A stretch of DNA of 34,654 nt from contig UYFQ01000302.1 of the NCBI GenBank assembly GCA_900617105.1, forward strand, positions 1-34,654, read 5' to 3'. Shown in pieces: positions 33,084-34,654 of the stretch. The stretch's first letter is position 1. The number at the start of each line of letters is the position of its first letter. A program made the position numbers and the translations under genes. The stretch comes from Hydrurus foetidus (lineage: Eukaryota). The notes beneath the pieces are model-generated. The model searched no databases. It was not told where the DNA came from and was given only the letters and a program-made list of their open reading frames with translations.

Positions 33084-33413
33084 TGTTGGAGTATCCGGGA
33101 AAAGACACTTCAGCTGTTGTGTGTGTGTGTGTGTGGATCCCGACGGACAGCGGCGTGTACCCTTGGGGTAGTGGCCGGGACCCCGTTGGTTGCGTGATCT
33201 TTACAGACTCTGTCTGTTAAAGATACCCTGATTTGACTGATGCGTGCTTCGATCTTGATGATTGTAAAAGACTGTGTTGCCGTCATCGCATGGATGGCAA
33301 CACAAGTTTAATTATCAAGTGATTAAACAGAGGTCTTATTTCACGAGTCTTGGGTCCTAACTCGACTTACGCGGAGTCACTGAATCCTCCCCGGATTCAC
33401 CGAAATCCCAACA
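33084..33413 (+). repeat. 5' LTR of element D (330 bp)
   Basis: TGTTGG...CCCAACA, colinear with 15632-15960. Confidence 0.92.
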
Positions 33414-33425
33414 TAATTAAACTTG
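33413..33425 (+). promoter_or_regulatory. Non-tRNA PBS of element D, complementary to its own LTR
   Basis: ATAATTAAACTTG is the exact reverse complement of CAAGTTTAATTAT at 33303-33315. Confidence 0.72.
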
Positions 33426-33440
33426 AACCAGCGCATTGAG

Positions 33441-34654
33441 ATGCCGCCGAAGAAAGAAGAACCCAAAAGTGCAAGAGAGCCTTGCATTTTGAAGATGGGG
33501 CGCCAGAACAACGTGATGCAATGGAAGGAAGAAATGCAAGACGAAGCATGCAGTTTATACGGCATGACCGGCATGTTCTTCAGCACCGATGAAAGCCACT
33601 TCATACCGTATCCTCGCGAGGAGGATTACATTCCAAGACCTCCACCTCCTGTTAGAGACGAGGAGGAGACTGACGACGACGAGTCAGTAGAGGAGGTCGT
33701 AGTGGGACCTGCACCTGCACCTGTAGCTGCACCTGTCCCGTTCACAGCTGCATTCCTTGAGAGATTGAGAGCCAATGCGTTTGAAGGACGCAGGAAGCTA
33801 GTCGAAGCGCAAAAGATCGACGAACAAAAGTTGTTCCCACTGATGTTGTCACGGATGTCGACCGCGTCTAAGTCCAAGGTTCGGGAGGAACCAGGGTACG
33901 AGTCTGCGAGGATGCGACTCGACAGTGTCAAACTTTGGGAGTTCATCAAACGCAGTCATCTCACGCACGTCTATGGTGAGGACGATTCTATGCGTGCGGT
34001 GAACGTTCACGAACAGACAATCAGGTACAACTACCTTCGTCAGGGTGAGCGTGAGTTCATAGGTGAGTTTAAGACCAGATTCGACAATCAACTGGCAGCG
34101 AATAGAGGAGTCGGTATGGAGGATGTCGAAGAGTCAATTAGGGCAATCGAGTTCTTAAGCAAACTAGACCCGAAAAGGTATACATGTATGCTCACCGTGA
34201 TGCGTAACAATGCTGTGCAAAACTTGCCGAATAGCTACCCTTCTACCTTAGCCGGAGCGTACAGTATAGCTGCGTCCTGGACGAACGCGAACGGAGCCGT
34301 CCCCCTCGGCGCCGAGCAACATTCCGCGTTTTTGACCGATTTGGCAATGACGACGAAGGAAAAGGGTCCACGAAAGAAAGTTCATGGGAAGGGGGTTCCA
34401 ACGAAAAAGAAACCACTTTCATCCGTGATATGTTTCGTATGTGGCGGAGCCGGACACTACGCGCGCGACTGCCCGAATCGCAAAAGCGAAGATCAAGTAC
34501 TCTATGCAGACACAGAAGAGGATGTCGATGAGGACGATAGGACCGTTGAGACGGCTTTCGTAGCCTCGAACGAGGTGGTGCTCTTCGCCAGGAGCCACGT
34601 CCTGCTTGACAACCAAGCCTCCGTCAATGTGTTCTGCAACGCGAATCTGCTTAC
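33441..34654 (+). CDS. gag: gag-pol of element D, 5' part (apparently open to the window end)
   Basis: MPPKKEEPKSAREPC start, CFVCGGAGHYARDC knuckle and LLDNQAS protease motif; no stop seen. Confidence 0.88.
   Translation, partial: MPPKKEEPKSAREPCILKMGRQNNVMQWKEEMQDEACSLYGMTGMFFSTDESHFIPYPREEDYIPRPPPPVRDEEETDDDESVEEVVVGPAPAPVAAPVPFTAAFLERLRANAFEGRRKLVEAQKIDEQKLFPLMLSRMSTASKSKVREEPGYESARMRLDSVKLWEFIKRSHLTHVYGEDDSMRAVNVHEQTIRYNYLRQGEREFIGEFKTRFDNQLAANRGVGMEDVEESIRAIEFLSKLDPKRYTCMLTVMRNNAVQNLPNSYPSTLAGAYSIAASWTNANGAVPLGAEQHSAFLTDLAMTTKEKGPRKKVHGKGVPTKKKPLSSVICFVCGGAGHYARDCPNRKSEDQVLYADTEEDVDEDDRTVETAFVASNEVVLFARSHVLLDNQASVNVFCNANLL

Larger units (their letters stand above)
33084..34654 (+). mobile_element. 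Ty1/copia element D (relative of C), truncated by the window end
   Basis: LTR 33084-33413 is similar to the C LTR, and the gag-PR is highly similar to that of C. Confidence 0.94.

Overview
Eukaryotic genomic DNA with GT-AG introns. A stramenopile/ochrophyte alga is suggested by a bipartite plastid-type presequence and diatom-CoDi-like copia elements; this is inference. Positions 1-21.2 kb are a nest of Ty1/copia LTR retrotransposons. Element A (1-8609, +) has 913-bp near-identical LTRs, a tRNA-iMet-type PBS, an unusual 1162-aa Gag-PR with a CCCH finger and an unknown domain, a single in-frame TGA before IN-RT-RH, and an HSDD RT motif. It is followed by a disrupted transposon-like gene. Element B (9550-21246, -, TSD CTCAA) is degenerate, with a solo LTR in its gag and element C (15632-21237, +, TSD CTTCC) inserted 4 bp from its LTR terminus. 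Positions 21.3-33.0 kb hold host genes: an unknown pseudokinase-like ORF, an RsuA/RluB-family pseudouridine synthase, a five-repeat protein, a 6-exon MsrA, YIF1 and a membrane-anchored PstS-like protein. Element D, a relative of C, starts at 33084 and runs off the window. Top leads: (1) B/C/D have no tRNA PBS but a PBS complementary to their own LTR, as in Tf1 self-priming, and the primer sits in a conserved covarying hairpin; (2) C, and apparently D, insert at nt 5-9 of another LTR's TGTTGG terminus; (3) element A may use stop-codon readthrough between protease and integrase.
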